From IMG/VR virus record IMGVR_UViG_3300020576_004053, positions 64,001-128,000 of that record: a stretch of 64,000 nt of DNA; one strand, 5' to 3'. Position 1 is the first letter of the stretch. Every line of letters starts with the position of its first letter. Source of the DNA: a virus (lineage: Duplodnaviria; Caudoviricetes). This document shows positions 21,146 through 32,019 of this stretch, in pieces. The position numbers and the translations under genes are program-made. The notes below the pieces were generated by a model that saw nothing but the letters and a program-made list of their open reading frames with translations, ran no database searches and was not told the DNA's origin.

Positions 21146-22504
21146 TTATACGCTAACCGATGGAGAATTTAATGTTACTACTGCCGTAATAGAGTTGAGT
21201 CCTTCTTGAAATTTATCAACTTCCACCACATCAAAACTTACCACCACCGATTTAGTAGTACCCGCCTTCAGTGCAAATGTCTGCGGAGTAAATACCACAC
21301 CCGCAACAGTTTTAATGGCAACCGTAGCGTCTACTGTTGATGATACATTTTTGAACAACAGCGTTTCCGGTTGAATTTGCATCATAGTAGACTTGTAATA
21401 CTCACGCTCAATCAATCGCGACGATACTTGAACAACATTATTGAGGTTGACCGGTGGCAGTGGTTGCGTCGGCGTCGTCGGAGTTGTAGGCGTAGTCGGA
21501 GTTGTAGGCGTCGTTGGTACCGTTGGTGTCGTTGGTACTGTCGGCGTCGTTGGATCGGGTGGACGGGGGATCTGGGGCGGCTGTGGCTGTGTCGGTGTTG
21601 GAGCCGCTGGTGGCATCTGAAACACGTCTACTGGTAAATCGCGCAATACTACGCCAGATGGTGAAAATTCGTTCAATCCACCAGTCAACGTACCATTGAT
21701 ATATTGCGCCACTACGTTTGGATAGTTCACGCCATCTACCCATACTACTCCACCCGACGTGGTACGAATAATTGTAGGAGTGATACCCGTCAATTTTTGC
21801 CACTGTGCCACGGTACCATTAGGATTGTCGGTATTCTGCAGAATTTCAGCATCCGTAAACACATACGAATTCGACAATCTAGGCAAATACTGTACGGATG
21901 GAACTTTAATGCGAGGATTGGTTTGTACTGGTAGTGGAGTAGTTGCCCCATTAGTCGACCCACCAGTATTACCGGGAGGTGTAGATGGTGTAGGCATATT
22001 CACTACCACCGGCACATCCTGTTGGTATACGTCGTTCGGCAATTGTCGTAGAAACACCCCTGCAGGAGCCGATTCGGACAATCCACCGGTATATTCACCG
22101 CTAATGTATTTTGCAATAACGTCGGGCCACTGTGGCAATACCCACACCGCGCCGCCAGAGGTTGTACGAATCAACACCGCATTTGGTGGTACATTACTTT
22201 GTGTGGCAATTTGACGCAACTCATCATCAGAATATACGTATGCATTCGGTGCACGTGGTATAAACGGCACATCCGGTAGCAAAATTAAATTAGCTTGCGG
22301 ATTATCCGGCAATAGACGAAGAAACACACCTCCCGGTGCTGCCTCTTCACCCGTTAACTGACCGCTCTGATACAGAGCAATAACATCCGGTCGAGTTGAA
22401 GATACCCAAACTGCCCCACCAGAAGTCGTACGAATCAGCACATAATCTGGTGGTATGTTATTTTGTTGGGCGACTTGTTGTAAATATGCGTCAGTGTATG
22501 CCAT
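21146..22504 (-). CDS. Protein with three IRTTSGG repeats, Pro/Thr linker and Ig-like C-terminus
   Basis: Three copies of TDA/SDD..L...IRTTSGG.VWV...P.V.A.Y..G..TG...P.GV.LR.LP, then a (PTT)n linker. Confidence 0.65.
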   Translation of the reverse strand: MAYTDAYLQQVAQQNNIPPDYVLIRTTSGGAVWVSSTRPDVIALYQSGQLTGEEAAPGGVFLRLLPDNPQANLILLPDVPFIPRAPNAYVYSDDELRQIATQSNVPPNAVLIRTTSGGAVWVLPQWPDVIAKYISGEYTGGLSESAPAGVFLRQLPNDVYQQDVPVVVNMPTPSTPPGNTGGSTNGATTPLPVQTNPRIKVPSVQYLPRLSNSYVFTDAEILQNTDNPNGTVAQWQKLTGITPTIIRTTSGGVVWVDGVNYPNVVAQYINGTLTGGLNEFSPSGVVLRDLPVDVFQMPPAAPTPTQPQPPQIPRPPDPTTPTVPTTPTVPTTPTTPTTPTTPTTPTQPLPPVNLNNVVQVSSRLIEREYYKSTMMQIQPETLLFKNVSSTVDATVAIKTVAGVVFTPQTFALKAGTTKSVVVSFDVVEVDKFQEGLNSITAVVTLNSPSVSV

Positions 22505-23331
22505 TATATTAGTTCAAAATGAGGGTCAATTTCACCAGCCGTTGTCATCTCAGCAATAATTTCTGTCAATGCGGCAATGACATAATTCTCTATTTCCGGT
22601 TGCTGAACATACAAATTCAACGTATCATCTGCCATTTTATCCAAAGCTCTAGCATATGCCCGATCAACCAGTATATTATAAATAGATTGCAATTCTACTT
22701 CTCTATCGGCATATCGCACTTTAGACATGGTAGGTTCGATGTGACGATCTAATTGTGTACGAAATGCCGACCACGTTAAAATTTCATCCGGCTCAGCATC
22801 CAGCGATTTATTGAAGGTCTGAGACAGTAATGCATTGGCATAAAATTTGGGTACAGACGGGGTTACAAATTCATAGATATCTTTGATAACCTGACCAGTT
22901 GCCTTAACCGGTCGAATTCTAACTTCCAGCCGATCCGTAGAAATATCCGAAATATACAGCTTGTACCCATCTTCAGACCCAACCTCATCTCTGAAGAAGT
23001 TTGCAACAATGGCATATCGCCCCGGTTGAATAGCCATCCGATTTAAGATGTCTACCATGTCCAAATTCAACAGTTCCTGTGGTCCCGGTTGATCAATGTA
23101 GGTAGTTAGACTGAGTGCGGGATCGGTAGGAGCTAAATTCATATGCCCAGAAATAGTACCATCACCGTTGTATATCCAGATTTCTACAATATCATTACCC
23201 GTGGTACCAAATAATACTTGCTTGGTACCAACTTGCATAATATTCAAGTCCAGTTTCGATAATCGCTCTGGACGTTGAAAATGCGTACTGATCAGTTTGT
23301 CTGGAAAATTAAGCTGGTTCGGCATTATCAC
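22504..23331 (-). CDS. Hypothetical protein (structural module)
   Basis: 275 aa ORF, abutting neighbours. Confidence 0.55.
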   Translation of the reverse strand: MIMPNQLNFPDKLISTHFQRPERLSKLDLNIMQVGTKQVLFGTTGNDIVEIWIYNGDGTISGHMNLAPTDPALSLTTYIDQPGPQELLNLDMVDILNRMAIQPGRYAIVANFFRDEVGSEDGYKLYISDISTDRLEVRIRPVKATGQVIKDIYEFVTPSVPKFYANALLSQTFNKSLDAEPDEILTWSAFRTQLDRHIEPTMSKVRYADREVELQSIYNILVDRAYARALDKMADDTLNLYVQQPEIENYVIAALTEIIAEMTTAGEIDPHFELI

Positions 23332-23635
23332 TCACCCCAAAGGATCGAAATTCCGTGTCAATCACACGCAAAAAATCTGATCGATTAATGACCCGAGCCG
23401 TGGTGGCAATCGGAAACACCAATTCACTTTTGGCGTTCAAATCTACCAACAAATAGTCTCCCAAATCTCGCGTGACGACAGGAACTGAATATACCTGTGG
23501 AGTAGCAGACATTGGATCAAATCGATCATCCGGATCAAATTTGATAGAATCTTCTAAATACGCATCTGTAAATACTTCCGTTGGATGACGGATTTGTGAA
23601 ACGGCATCTAACGGTAGACCTTCAAAATTAGCCAT
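23309..23635 (-). CDS. Hypothetical protein
   Basis: 108 aa ORF in operon. Confidence 0.55.
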   Translation of the reverse strand: MANFEGLPLDAVSQIRHPTEVFTDAYLEDSIKFDPDDRFDPMSATPQVYSVPVVTRDLGDYLLVDLNAKSELVFPIATTARVINRSDFLRVIDTEFRSFGVSDNAEPA

Positions 23636-23636
23636 A

Positions 23637-24593
23637 TTACTTCACCGAGAAAATGAAGTTGTTGTCAATAACTCGTTCATTACCCGACTCAACAATTTTA
23701 AATGCTAACCGATAAAATCTACGAGGACTCATATTATCAAGTCTGAATTGGCAATATGACCCAGACGGTCCTTGATGAATCGCTGTATATGGACTGAACG
23801 GAATAACGGCAAATCCAGTAGCATCATCGATAACACTGAAATATGACGATGATGGTAGATATAGGTTATTGGCAAATGGATTTAGGTAATTTGCAAATGT
23901 TTTTAACGGATATTTTTCTCGTACCGTTAAATCTACCGTGACCAATTCATTTTGACTATACGTCGTTTGTAATGAATGTGGAAACACATGCAACGTTTTA
24001 TTCAAGCTGGATGACAGTGATCCCGTCGCATAGACTTGATCGGTCCATCGCACTTCTAATATCGGCGCATAGATGGTATGGGTATTCTTAGAGAACACCT
24101 TAATGATGCCCTTGTTGTTGATATCCGACTCACTGGCCGATGGGAATTGTAATAGTAGCCCAGACGCTGAACCGGTCATAACTAAACTAGTCACATCAAG
24201 CTGCAGATCTGTCCATGGTTCAGGTGTCGTGAATGACGACGTTGGGCTAAATGAGGCCGATAAATCCGTCCACACTACTCCATTAGGGAGTTGATACAAG
24301 TCCTGATAGAAATACCCCGTACCTTCAGTCCACGAGCCGGTATACGCACACACCTCTATCTGCTGATCTAATTGGATGCGCTGTGCCAATGCGGTTTGTA
24401 AACGAAGGATGCACTCACCCCCGCTCGCTATCAATGATCGGACAGTTGCAAAATCAAACGCAATTATACTACGAATTGAATCTGCGCCATCTTCAGCCTT
24501 TCCGATTTCTAATATTTCATCGATGCCCGTATTTCGCGTTGGAAATTCACTGTATACGGATGCATCTTTTGTTGGAAGAAATTGACGAATCAT
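23637..24593 (-). CDS. Baseplate-associated protein (DNRLRE-like beta domain)
   Basis: KDASVYSEFP..NTG..E.LEIGK...RSIIAFD pattern. Confidence 0.5.
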   Translation of the reverse strand: MIRQFLPTKDASVYSEFPTRNTGIDEILEIGKAEDGADSIRSIIAFDFATVRSLIASGGECILRLQTALAQRIQLDQQIEVCAYTGSWTEGTGYFYQDLYQLPNGVVWTDLSASFSPTSSFTTPEPWTDLQLDVTSLVMTGSASGLLLQFPSASESDINNKGIIKVFSKNTHTIYAPILEVRWTDQVYATGSLSSSLNKTLHVFPHSLQTTYSQNELVTVDLTVREKYPLKTFANYLNPFANNLYLPSSSYFSVIDDATGFAVIPFSPYTAIHQGPSGSYCQFRLDNMSPRRFYRLAFKIVESGNERVIDNNFIFSVK

Positions 24594-26524
24594 TGTTTTG
24601 CATTCCCCACAATATCACGCTCTGGATATTTCAAGAAGAAAATACAAGGATCTAATGACGGATATACTACGCCATTTTCAGTGGCGGAATCGATGTCATA
24701 TAGATATTCTTCATAATCCAATCCGTGCAAATGTCTGTATTTGTTAACAATTTTTAACGACGTAACAGATTGCACTCCATCAACAGACGCCAATTCTAGA
24801 TACACATCATTTAGAATGATCGGCTGGTTAATTTGCCATCTATCAATGTCAAAAAATTGCTTGATGGAATCAATACAACGCGCCAACACTTCATTCATAT
24901 TCACATTTTTGAAGCAGATCACGGTAAATTCTACACCAATATTTACCGGGAAGGCGTCTAAAATACGCACTTCATCAGTTAACAATCTATACTGATCTAT
25001 ATACGTTCGTAAGTTTTTCTTTACTTCAGAGTTGAGACGCGTCAATTTTTTACGCTGATCAAATCCTAGTACATACAAATTAACTACGTTAGATCCAACG
25101 TTATCAATGACAAATTCACCATTGATGGGAGCTTGAGCATTGGTGTTACGTAGGATGCCATTAATCTGGTCATCCAGCGTCACAAATGCCTTAGCCACTC
25201 CACCAAACTTAGGCGGCATGGAATATGCACGCACAATGTAATCCTGTACATTCACCGCACGATTTTGTGAATTGAAGTATGCCAATGCATTTTGACGTAT
25301 TTCTTCAATAGAATCTCGCCCCTGACCACCGGTAGCGGGTGCAGGATTATTCACGGCTAACGATGCTACAACGTCGTCATACAACGCACGTTCTGTCGCG
25401 GCAAACGCATCTCTAGAATTTAAGGGTTCAATCGTATCAATTTTGGTGATGCTGTTGGACGGCACATTTGATTCTATACCACCACCCACTACGTAGGTTA
25501 TGGTCAATTCAGTATTCGATGGAGACAGTCCATATGAACGAGATGACAAGAAATCGGAGGGATCTAATGTAGTTGATGCTGAATTTGAATAGTATTCAGA
25601 GTTGGCAATTTTGGAGGGATCAAGATTTACCGTCGAATCTGTATCGTCCAATAAACCCGATCCGAAATGCAATTCTAGTAAAAATGCATCATTATATCGA
25701 GTGACAAAACGACGGGGTGTACGTTTGATACGGATCGTATATGCGGGTGGAACACCTTCACCAGCTACGACTGTCGCAGACGTATTCTCACGAGCATCAA
25801 ACACCACATCCTGTGCCAAATAATCTACTTCATACCATGTATTTCCACTAGTATCCGTTACCGATAGCACACCTAGCACATTGTCATCCGGCAACCGAAC
25901 CTTTGAAAATTTCTGTGGGTCGCCAAATGTAATCGTATAGGTTTTGATCTCTCCTGCGATGACCTGTACTTCTTTCTTAATCAAATACATCAATGGCTTA
26001 CTATTACCATCCACTGCATATACCGTAATCTCTCGGTTCGTCGGATCGGCAAAATCTACCAGATCTGCCGTTCGAAATGCAATTCCACCGTAATTTGGTG
26101 CCGTGACTATTGCATTGGGCGATACTTTGATAAAATATTGTTCGTCTGGTGCAAAATTACCAATCAGACTTTTTGCGGGACATAACTGATAAATGTCACA
26201 AATGGTAGATGCCGCCGTACTCGGCTTAGGCTTGTATCCAAACGCTTGAGAAATCGCAAGAATGTTATCTTCTTCTTGCGCATAAATCATTAAATTTTCT
26301 TTGAATTGCGTATCAATGTAATATCCCAGTACGTCTCCCAAATATGCCGCCATTTCAATGAACATCATTCCCGGCGATGCTTCATTAAAATCGGTATATG
26401 AATTTGGGAAATACACTTTTGCGTAATCAATAAAACTTTGCTTCCATTGCGGGAAGATTTTATTGAGATATTTGATATCGCGATTCACAGGAATGAATGA
26501 ACGATCTAATCTACGAATAGCCAT
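24590..26524 (-). CDS. Baseplate wedge subunit (T4 gp6 / baseplate J-like)
   Basis: YTDFNEASPGMMFIEMAAYLGDVL; ATGG.GRDSIEEIR..A...F.SQNRAV...DY. Confidence 0.85.
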   Translation of the reverse strand: MAIRRLDRSFIPVNRDIKYLNKIFPQWKQSFIDYAKVYFPNSYTDFNEASPGMMFIEMAAYLGDVLGYYIDTQFKENLMIYAQEEDNILAISQAFGYKPKPSTAASTICDIYQLCPAKSLIGNFAPDEQYFIKVSPNAIVTAPNYGGIAFRTADLVDFADPTNREITVYAVDGNSKPLMYLIKKEVQVIAGEIKTYTITFGDPQKFSKVRLPDDNVLGVLSVTDTSGNTWYEVDYLAQDVVFDARENTSATVVAGEGVPPAYTIRIKRTPRRFVTRYNDAFLLELHFGSGLLDDTDSTVNLDPSKIANSEYYSNSASTTLDPSDFLSSRSYGLSPSNTELTITYVVGGGIESNVPSNSITKIDTIEPLNSRDAFAATERALYDDVVASLAVNNPAPATGGQGRDSIEEIRQNALAYFNSQNRAVNVQDYIVRAYSMPPKFGGVAKAFVTLDDQINGILRNTNAQAPINGEFVIDNVGSNVVNLYVLGFDQRKKLTRLNSEVKKNLRTYIDQYRLLTDEVRILDAFPVNIGVEFTVICFKNVNMNEVLARCIDSIKQFFDIDRWQINQPIILNDVYLELASVDGVQSVTSLKIVNKYRHLHGLDYEEYLYDIDSATENGVVYPSLDPCIFFLKYPERDIVGNAKQ

Positions 26525-26898
26525 TAGTATACCAAAACAATAGAGTCTGTTATGCCTTCATTTGTCGATAGCCGAAATACAATCTTTACAAATACTTTAT
26601 TGACATCTTGCTGCAATGTCGTCGTAACTGAATCAACAATAATGAACGGCATCCATTCACGCACTGCAGATGCAATTGCAGCACGCACATCTGCCTGAGT
26701 ATTGTCAGTTTGTGCCTCAAACAATAAAGAGTGAACGTCGCATCCAAACGTCGGTTGCATCATCCGTTCACCCTTTTTCGTTAACAATAGATTCGTCAGG
26801 TTAGATCGCATTTGCTCCATAACCTGCGTAGTTGAGTTAAAATACCCACCATATCCTTTTTCTAATGGGAGAACTAATCCAAGAGTTTTAGTAGCCAT
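26524..26898 (-). CDS. Baseplate wedge protein gp25-like
   Basis: NLLLTKKGERMMQPTFGC..LLFE motif. Confidence 0.9.
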   Translation of the reverse strand: MATKTLGLVLPLEKGYGGYFNSTTQVMEQMRSNLTNLLLTKKGERMMQPTFGCDVHSLLFEAQTDNTQADVRAAIASAVREWMPFIIVDSVTTTLQQDVNKVFVKIVFRLSTNEGITDSIVLVY

Positions 26899-27346
26899 TG
26901 TTGCGGAAATTCGGTGCCAACGAGTTCACCGTCTTTAAATCTTGAGAGTAATTCTTGTTCATTGCTCTAATGATGAAATCCGGCACCGCTTCAGGTGGAA
27001 TAGGAATTTGATTACCGCTTTCCGTCAATGCCTTGGTTGGAATATTAAGGTTCTCCCGACCCGCTGCACCATGACTAGCACGGAAGTTTTGTGCAATCTC
27101 GTTACGCGTTATTGGCATGGTAGGATACGGTTCATACCCAGACGTACTTTCCATCAATGTTCTACGCTTATGAGAATTGTCTACAACATCGATGTCATCC
27201 GGTTCCATGGTTACATGGGATTCCATGATAATACCCGCCAAAGACTCTTTAATGAGTTTTGGTAGAATAGTTGGCAATACTCGCTTCATTTCTTTTCGTA
27301 CAATTGCTTCAACTAAACGTACTAGTTGATCATTTTTATTAGACAT
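26888..27346 (-). CDS. Hypothetical protein
   Basis: 152 aa ORF with GAGG RBS. Confidence 0.55.
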   Translation of the reverse strand: MSNKNDQLVRLVEAIVRKEMKRVLPTILPKLIKESLAGIIMESHVTMEPDDIDVVDNSHKRRTLMESTSGYEPYPTMPITRNEIAQNFRASHGAAGRENLNIPTKALTESGNQIPIPPEAVPDFIIRAMNKNYSQDLKTVNSLAPNFRNNGY

Positions 27347-27355
27347 GAACAGTCC

Positions 27356-28705
27356 TCATTTTTTAATGTATCCCACTGAACTATTAAACGATGCAAATTT
27401 ACCAGTCGCCACATCAACCTTTAACTTAGTCAATGCCTGAATAACTTTTGGAGATAATACCCCCGGTCCCATCGATGTAATTACGTGGGACGCCGCATTC
27501 GTTAAATGTGCATCGATAAACGCTTCTAGAAACTTTGCCAACGTAGCTCCTGCCGGAATTGGCTCAGTTTCATCTGACCGCATACCTACATATACTTTCG
27601 GTGAAATAAACGAATGCCGACTTCCAGCCGTCGATTCTACAAACCCCTTTGTATCAAAAATGGTATTACGACCGACCTTATACAACATATCACGCCCAAT
27701 AGTTACCTTAGTATCTCGTTCGATCTTAGATACGTAGTCTCGACCGGCGTCTACCGTGAAATCTACTACCGTTGTCCAGTGAATACCTTTCTTAGAAAAT
27801 CCAAAAATCTTATCGGTCTTAGTATTTACTACGAACCGATCCGTGTTTATAATTATCTGGTTTTTATCAAGTTTGGCAGGAAATTCATCAATTGACGCGC
27901 CATGGACCGAATTTCCTTTCGTCGCATAGGTTAATGGGACGATTTGGTCTTCAGTTAGATAGATCGATGACTTGTCTTCATTGATATCCTCTTTAACCAA
28001 CCCATATCTAGACGGACACGATCTAGGAGCCGACGCCCATGGCCCCACTCGTAGTAGTAAATTGGCCGCTTGGTCCTTTACAGACGATTTGAAGGTAGAT
28101 TTAGGTTCATTGGTCCATGCCGCCCCTAGTCGTATTGATGAGCCGGAACGACCTTCAAAAATGACATCCCCCTCATCGTGCCGTAACCGATATACACTTT
28201 CTTGATCGACGAAATACGATCCCAATCGATTGGCCGGATCGGACGCACCTACCTTTGTCGGATTGGACACAGACTGTTTAAACGACTGCGCCCGTGTAGA
28301 ATCATCCACGGGCGACTGTAATTCCGCCTCAATTCCAACCATCGGATGGGACGTTACCCGATTAGAGGTATTTATTTTGTGAGTATAATACGTTCTGTTT
28401 AACGACGGTATGATATGCACAATCTCATTGATCATCGGATATTCAGAATAATTTGTTTCCAATGGGAACGCCCAGTGTAATTGGGCATCATTCCGGTATG
28501 ACTGATGTTTCAATGCTCGGTATTTAATCACACCGATATTATAACCATCGACGCTATATTCTGGGTGGGAATCATTAACAATGACATCCAGTACCACCGC
28601 TTCTATAATCTGGTCCGTCTCAACTCTAGGACCAAGTACATCGGTAGGGCTGAATGGATTATGGGCACTCAATGGATTAATGATCCGTCGCCCATTATTT
28701 CCCAT
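27356..28705 (-). CDS. Baseplate hub/central spike protein (gp5-like)
   Basis: YPMINEIVHI OB-fold-like segment, EGDVIFEGRSGSSIRLG, beta-helix-like C-terminal repeats. Confidence 0.65.
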   Translation of the reverse strand: MGNNGRRIINPLSAHNPFSPTDVLGPRVETDQIIEAVVLDVIVNDSHPEYSVDGYNIGVIKYRALKHQSYRNDAQLHWAFPLETNYSEYPMINEIVHIIPSLNRTYYTHKINTSNRVTSHPMVGIEAELQSPVDDSTRAQSFKQSVSNPTKVGASDPANRLGSYFVDQESVYRLRHDEGDVIFEGRSGSSIRLGAAWTNEPKSTFKSSVKDQAANLLLRVGPWASAPRSCPSRYGLVKEDINEDKSSIYLTEDQIVPLTYATKGNSVHGASIDEFPAKLDKNQIIINTDRFVVNTKTDKIFGFSKKGIHWTTVVDFTVDAGRDYVSKIERDTKVTIGRDMLYKVGRNTIFDTKGFVESTAGSRHSFISPKVYVGMRSDETEPIPAGATLAKFLEAFIDAHLTNAASHVITSMGPGVLSPKVIQALTKLKVDVATGKFASFNSSVGYIKK

Positions 28706-29093
28706 CGGTCTTCTCCACTAATCTAGCCGGTTGCACGGATTCAATCTCCACCAACCCAGATTCTAAGTCAACCATAGCCGCCTTTAGCAGTGCCTGACGT
28801 TCTGCAGCACTAAGAATCTCGCTCACATCCCCAGAACCACCGGCAGATTCCGCTGCAATAATTCGCTGAACCACCGTCGCAATTTTAAGCAAGTGTTCGT
28901 CATTTCTACCAAGTACATCCAGATATTCTTTAAGCACTGGCGCAAGCATGACTGCGGTGTCTAGATCACAAATCATTTTACGGATTTGATCAATGACATC
29001 GGTTAAAATTGCCCGTCTGCTCTGTGAATGTGAATACACATCCTTCAATAGACCGGATAGATCTTTATCGTCAAATATTTTAGTGTCTTTCAT
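28695..29093 (-). CDS. Hypothetical protein
   Basis: 132 aa ORF preceded by TATTTAT motif. Confidence 0.6.
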   Translation of the reverse strand: MKDTKIFDDKDLSGLLKDVYSHSQSRRAILTDVIDQIRKMICDLDTAVMLAPVLKEYLDVLGRNDEHLLKIATVVQRIIAAESAGGSGDVSEILSAAERQALLKAAMVDLESGLVEIESVQPARLVEKTDGK

Positions 29094-29128
29094 AGAATAT
29101 ACCCCATTCTAATAAATAGGACTATACC

Positions 29129-29851
29129 CTATTTTGTACGATGTCCTACCGTACCATATTCCATAAATTCTTCATATTGGTATGCAGTGATATCTCGCAT
29201 CTTATTCACCACCCTCGTGATATACGACGTTTTGCAATTCGTTATCTCTCGGATCATGATATATAATGCCTTTTTATTGAAGTTTTCGATCCCATTGGCA
29301 TTCTTCATTAGCTCTACTACCGCCATGGCAATCTCGGCATCCCGCTGTTTTTTAAAGATACGGTTGACATTTTTCTGCCAATAATCGATTAACAGCGCCA
29401 CGAATTCAACCACATCATCACCACGTCGTTCATCCGGAGCTTCCAATGACAACATCTCTTCTATCGACACGTTAGACGAATCACAATCATATAGCGAAAT
29501 AGATCGCTTCTGTTGCGTATATGCGTTGTTATTGTGTAGGATGAGATAATTTTTGGCGATGACAGAAAAATATGAAAATGCTTTACCTTTATCCTGTGTG
29601 TATTTTGATAAATTGATAGCTAAGTACGAAATAACTTGTCGCTTTGTCTCTTCAAAGGATTGGGTCTGCTGTAAATATGGAAACTTAAAACGATTGATGA
29701 CGTTCTCAGCCAGCTTATTCAGCGGATATTGGATATGATCAATGTAGATCTTCTCACGTTCTACGGAATCAAACGACTCATTATATGCGATAATTGCTTT
29801 CTGGGTCTGCTCAGTAAAATATACTTTGTTGTTCGGTTCAGTTGTTGTCAT
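29129..29851 (-). CDS. Phage-encoded sigma factor (probably late)
   Basis: Region-2-like L.KY...KGKAFSYFSVIAKNYLI with a C-terminal helical domain; GAGG RBS. Confidence 0.7.
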   Translation of the reverse strand: MTTTEPNNKVYFTEQTQKAIIAYNESFDSVEREKIYIDHIQYPLNKLAENVINRFKFPYLQQTQSFEETKRQVISYLAINLSKYTQDKGKAFSYFSVIAKNYLILHNNNAYTQQKRSISLYDCDSSNVSIEEMLSLEAPDERRGDDVVEFVALLIDYWQKNVNRIFKKQRDAEIAMAVVELMKNANGIENFNKKALYIMIREITNCKTSYITRVVNKMRDITAYQYEEFMEYGTVGHRTK

Positions 29852-30128
29852 TATCTTCCTCAGTAAAAAATGCATTTAACGAATCTACTATCGCCAACAT
29901 CGTCTTAAACACTCCTCCTACTTCATCAGTAGCTTCAAATGCACCACGTAAATCGATTGCCCGCATACTCGCAACCGCAACAACAATCTTTTCATTAATA
30001 GCAGATAACATGTTGTCACGATCATATATCATCTTTTCCATTATTTCGTTTTTACGCAATAGATTGAAAATGATGAACCCAAATAATAGATACGATAGAA
30101 TTAGAATAACAGATAGTAGTATTATCAT
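29838..30128 (-). CDS. Small membrane protein
   Basis: N-terminal hydrophobic helix MIILLSVILILSYLLFGFIIF. Confidence 0.55.
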   Translation of the reverse strand: MIILLSVILILSYLLFGFIIFNLLRKNEIMEKMIYDRDNMLSAINEKIVVAVASMRAIDLRGAFEATDEVGGVFKTMLAIVDSLNAFFTEEDNDNN

Positions 30129-30868
30129 AATGTACTCATAGATGAATAGGATTGATTCTGTGCTCGCTGACGGACGAAGGTCTTCTGATGCCACAATGCA
30201 TATTCAAGTTCTGGTGGCAACACGCCTAAATTTTTGTATCCTGTCAATTGTTCATGCACAGCTTTTGACCACACGATGGCCGGATCTGCTTTATATAAAC
30301 GCACCTGATAATCTGGCCACGCTACGACCGGATCACGAATGACTATCTCAGAATCTGTTTCCGATTGTATCAACCCATAATTTACCCACAAGGCAACTTG
30401 ATCCATCGGCACCGGTTTATGATGCACGGACGAAATTTCTGGAAATGACGTAACGCTACAGCCCCATTCCTTCACATACCATAGCGGTAGTTCATCAATC
30501 AGATTGACGCGAGGAATGGCATATGCGTCGTAGTCAGGATTAGCATCGATCAAATCTTTGAAATAACAAAACAGATCCAATGAAATCGCCTCGTCAGCAT
30601 CTAAATTCAAAATCCATGGGGCCGACGCCAGTGATGACATATACGTTTTATGTGCACCAAAATTCCCATTTACGGCATGGGAAAATACATGTATTTTATC
30701 ACGATGCTTGTTAAATGCGTCTAATATACTAGGATGATCCGAGTGATCATCTACTACAATAATTTCAGATTCAAATGGTGCCGCCTCTGTGATGGCAACC
30801 AAATTATCCAGCAATGAAGGAATATATTCTACTTCATTGTGAGTGCCTACAATAACCGATACCTGCAT
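30125..30868 (-). CDS. Glycosyltransferase family 2
   Basis: SVIV..HNE, EIIVVDDHS, WILNLDADE (DxD), WPDYQVRL, VHEQL. Confidence 0.85.
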   Translation of the reverse strand: MQVSVIVGTHNEVEYIPSLLDNLVAITEAAPFESEIIVVDDHSDHPSILDAFNKHRDKIHVFSHAVNGNFGAHKTYMSSLASAPWILNLDADEAISLDLFCYFKDLIDANPDYDAYAIPRVNLIDELPLWYVKEWGCSVTSFPEISSVHHKPVPMDQVALWVNYGLIQSETDSEIVIRDPVVAWPDYQVRLYKADPAIVWSKAVHEQLTGYKNLGVLPPELEYALWHQKTFVRQRAQNQSYSSMSTL

Positions 30869-30870
30869 AG

Positions 30871-31788
30871 TTACTCTCCGATATTAATACCATACCGTTT
30901 ACGAAAGTTCAGTTCGTCCTCTGTCAATTGAGGTTCTTCTGGTGGTGGCTGAACTACGTCTGTTGGAGTATCAATCGCTTCTACAACAGGTAGGATCAGA
31001 TCTTCCGGTAATGGCGCTTCTGGTAATATATCCCGATTTATAGGGGTATTGATAGAGGTGTCGCGTAATGAATTATATGCAATCAATAGTGTTATCGATA
31101 GCGGATCAAATACTAATACGATAGACAGGATAAACCATCGCACAATAGTATCTAACGGTACGCCTAACATGTCTGCTACATAATAAAATGTACCGATTTT
31201 GGATGACGTGGAAATGGAGGATTTCAGGCGAGTTGCTTCAAACTGCAAACTATCATACGTAGTAGACACTGCCATAAGCTGAGATTGTAGCTTATCTACT
31301 TGCGTATTTTGTTGCTGCACAGTTTTCTGCTGTGTAATGAATCCAGACTTTCCCACCATCCCATCCAATCGATTTTCCTGTTGACGGAGCAATGCGGTTG
31401 ATTGGACTAACTGAGTGCTCAAACGATCTTTCGATGACAGCAATGATTGTTGTTGCGAGGAAATAGCTGCAATCTGCGCTTCAGTCGAGGTTATTCCTGA
31501 TGCAGATGCGGCATATGCAGATGACAGATACCCATATACGCCCACGCTCGTAATGCTCATCAGCACAATCGATGCTATGACATAGTATATACGTAACAGT
31601 TTGCTAATATGTTGCCACCGTCTATATAAAAACGAAACAACGACGAGCTTTCCAACTTCTAAAGCCGTCGCCATAATCATTGCCGATATAGTCGCACCCG
31701 TAAATAACTGACCTATTCCAGTTATTGAAAAATAACCAGCGCATGATGCAATTAGTAACGCAGTGAACAATACAATATATACAAACAT
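30871..31788 (-). CDS. Membrane protein with coiled coil
   Basis: Three N-terminal TM helices, Gln-rich coil, IVLVFDPLSITLLIA. Confidence 0.65.
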   Translation of the reverse strand: MFVYIVLFTALLIASCAGYFSITGIGQLFTGATISAMIMATALEVGKLVVVSFLYRRWQHISKLLRIYYVIASIVLMSITSVGVYGYLSSAYAASASGITSTEAQIAAISSQQQSLLSSKDRLSTQLVQSTALLRQQENRLDGMVGKSGFITQQKTVQQQNTQVDKLQSQLMAVSTTYDSLQFEATRLKSSISTSSKIGTFYYVADMLGVPLDTIVRWFILSIVLVFDPLSITLLIAYNSLRDTSINTPINRDILPEAPLPEDLILPVVEAIDTPTDVVQPPPEEPQLTEDELNFRKRYGINIGE

Positions 31789-31870
31789 GTGTTATCCTAA
31801 AAGAAACAGGGGATTTTCATCCCCTGTTTGTTTATAAGTCAAGAAGAAACCTTTGAAGGATCACCCCCGG

Positions 31871-31963
31871 TTAGGCAGCAAAAGGTTCTGGTTGACTATT
31901 AGAAGACGTTGGTTCGTCACATTGAGAACAGATTAACAGATTACAAAATGCACAACACGCCAT
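31871..31963 (-). CDS. Tiny Cys-rich peptide (30 aa)
   Basis: MACCAFCNLLICSQCDEP...; GGAG RBS and TATTTAT upstream; below ORF-track cutoff. Confidence 0.35.
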   Translation of the reverse strand: MACCAFCNLLICSQCDEPTSSNSQPEPFAA

Positions 31964-32019
31964 TGTACGCTCCGGTTAAAGTAAATCCCTACCCAAATAA
32001 ATAGGTTGGGGTATTTTTT

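Noticed and set aside
21470-21560. Short tandem DNA repeats
   Set aside because: Simply encode the Pro/Thr linker.
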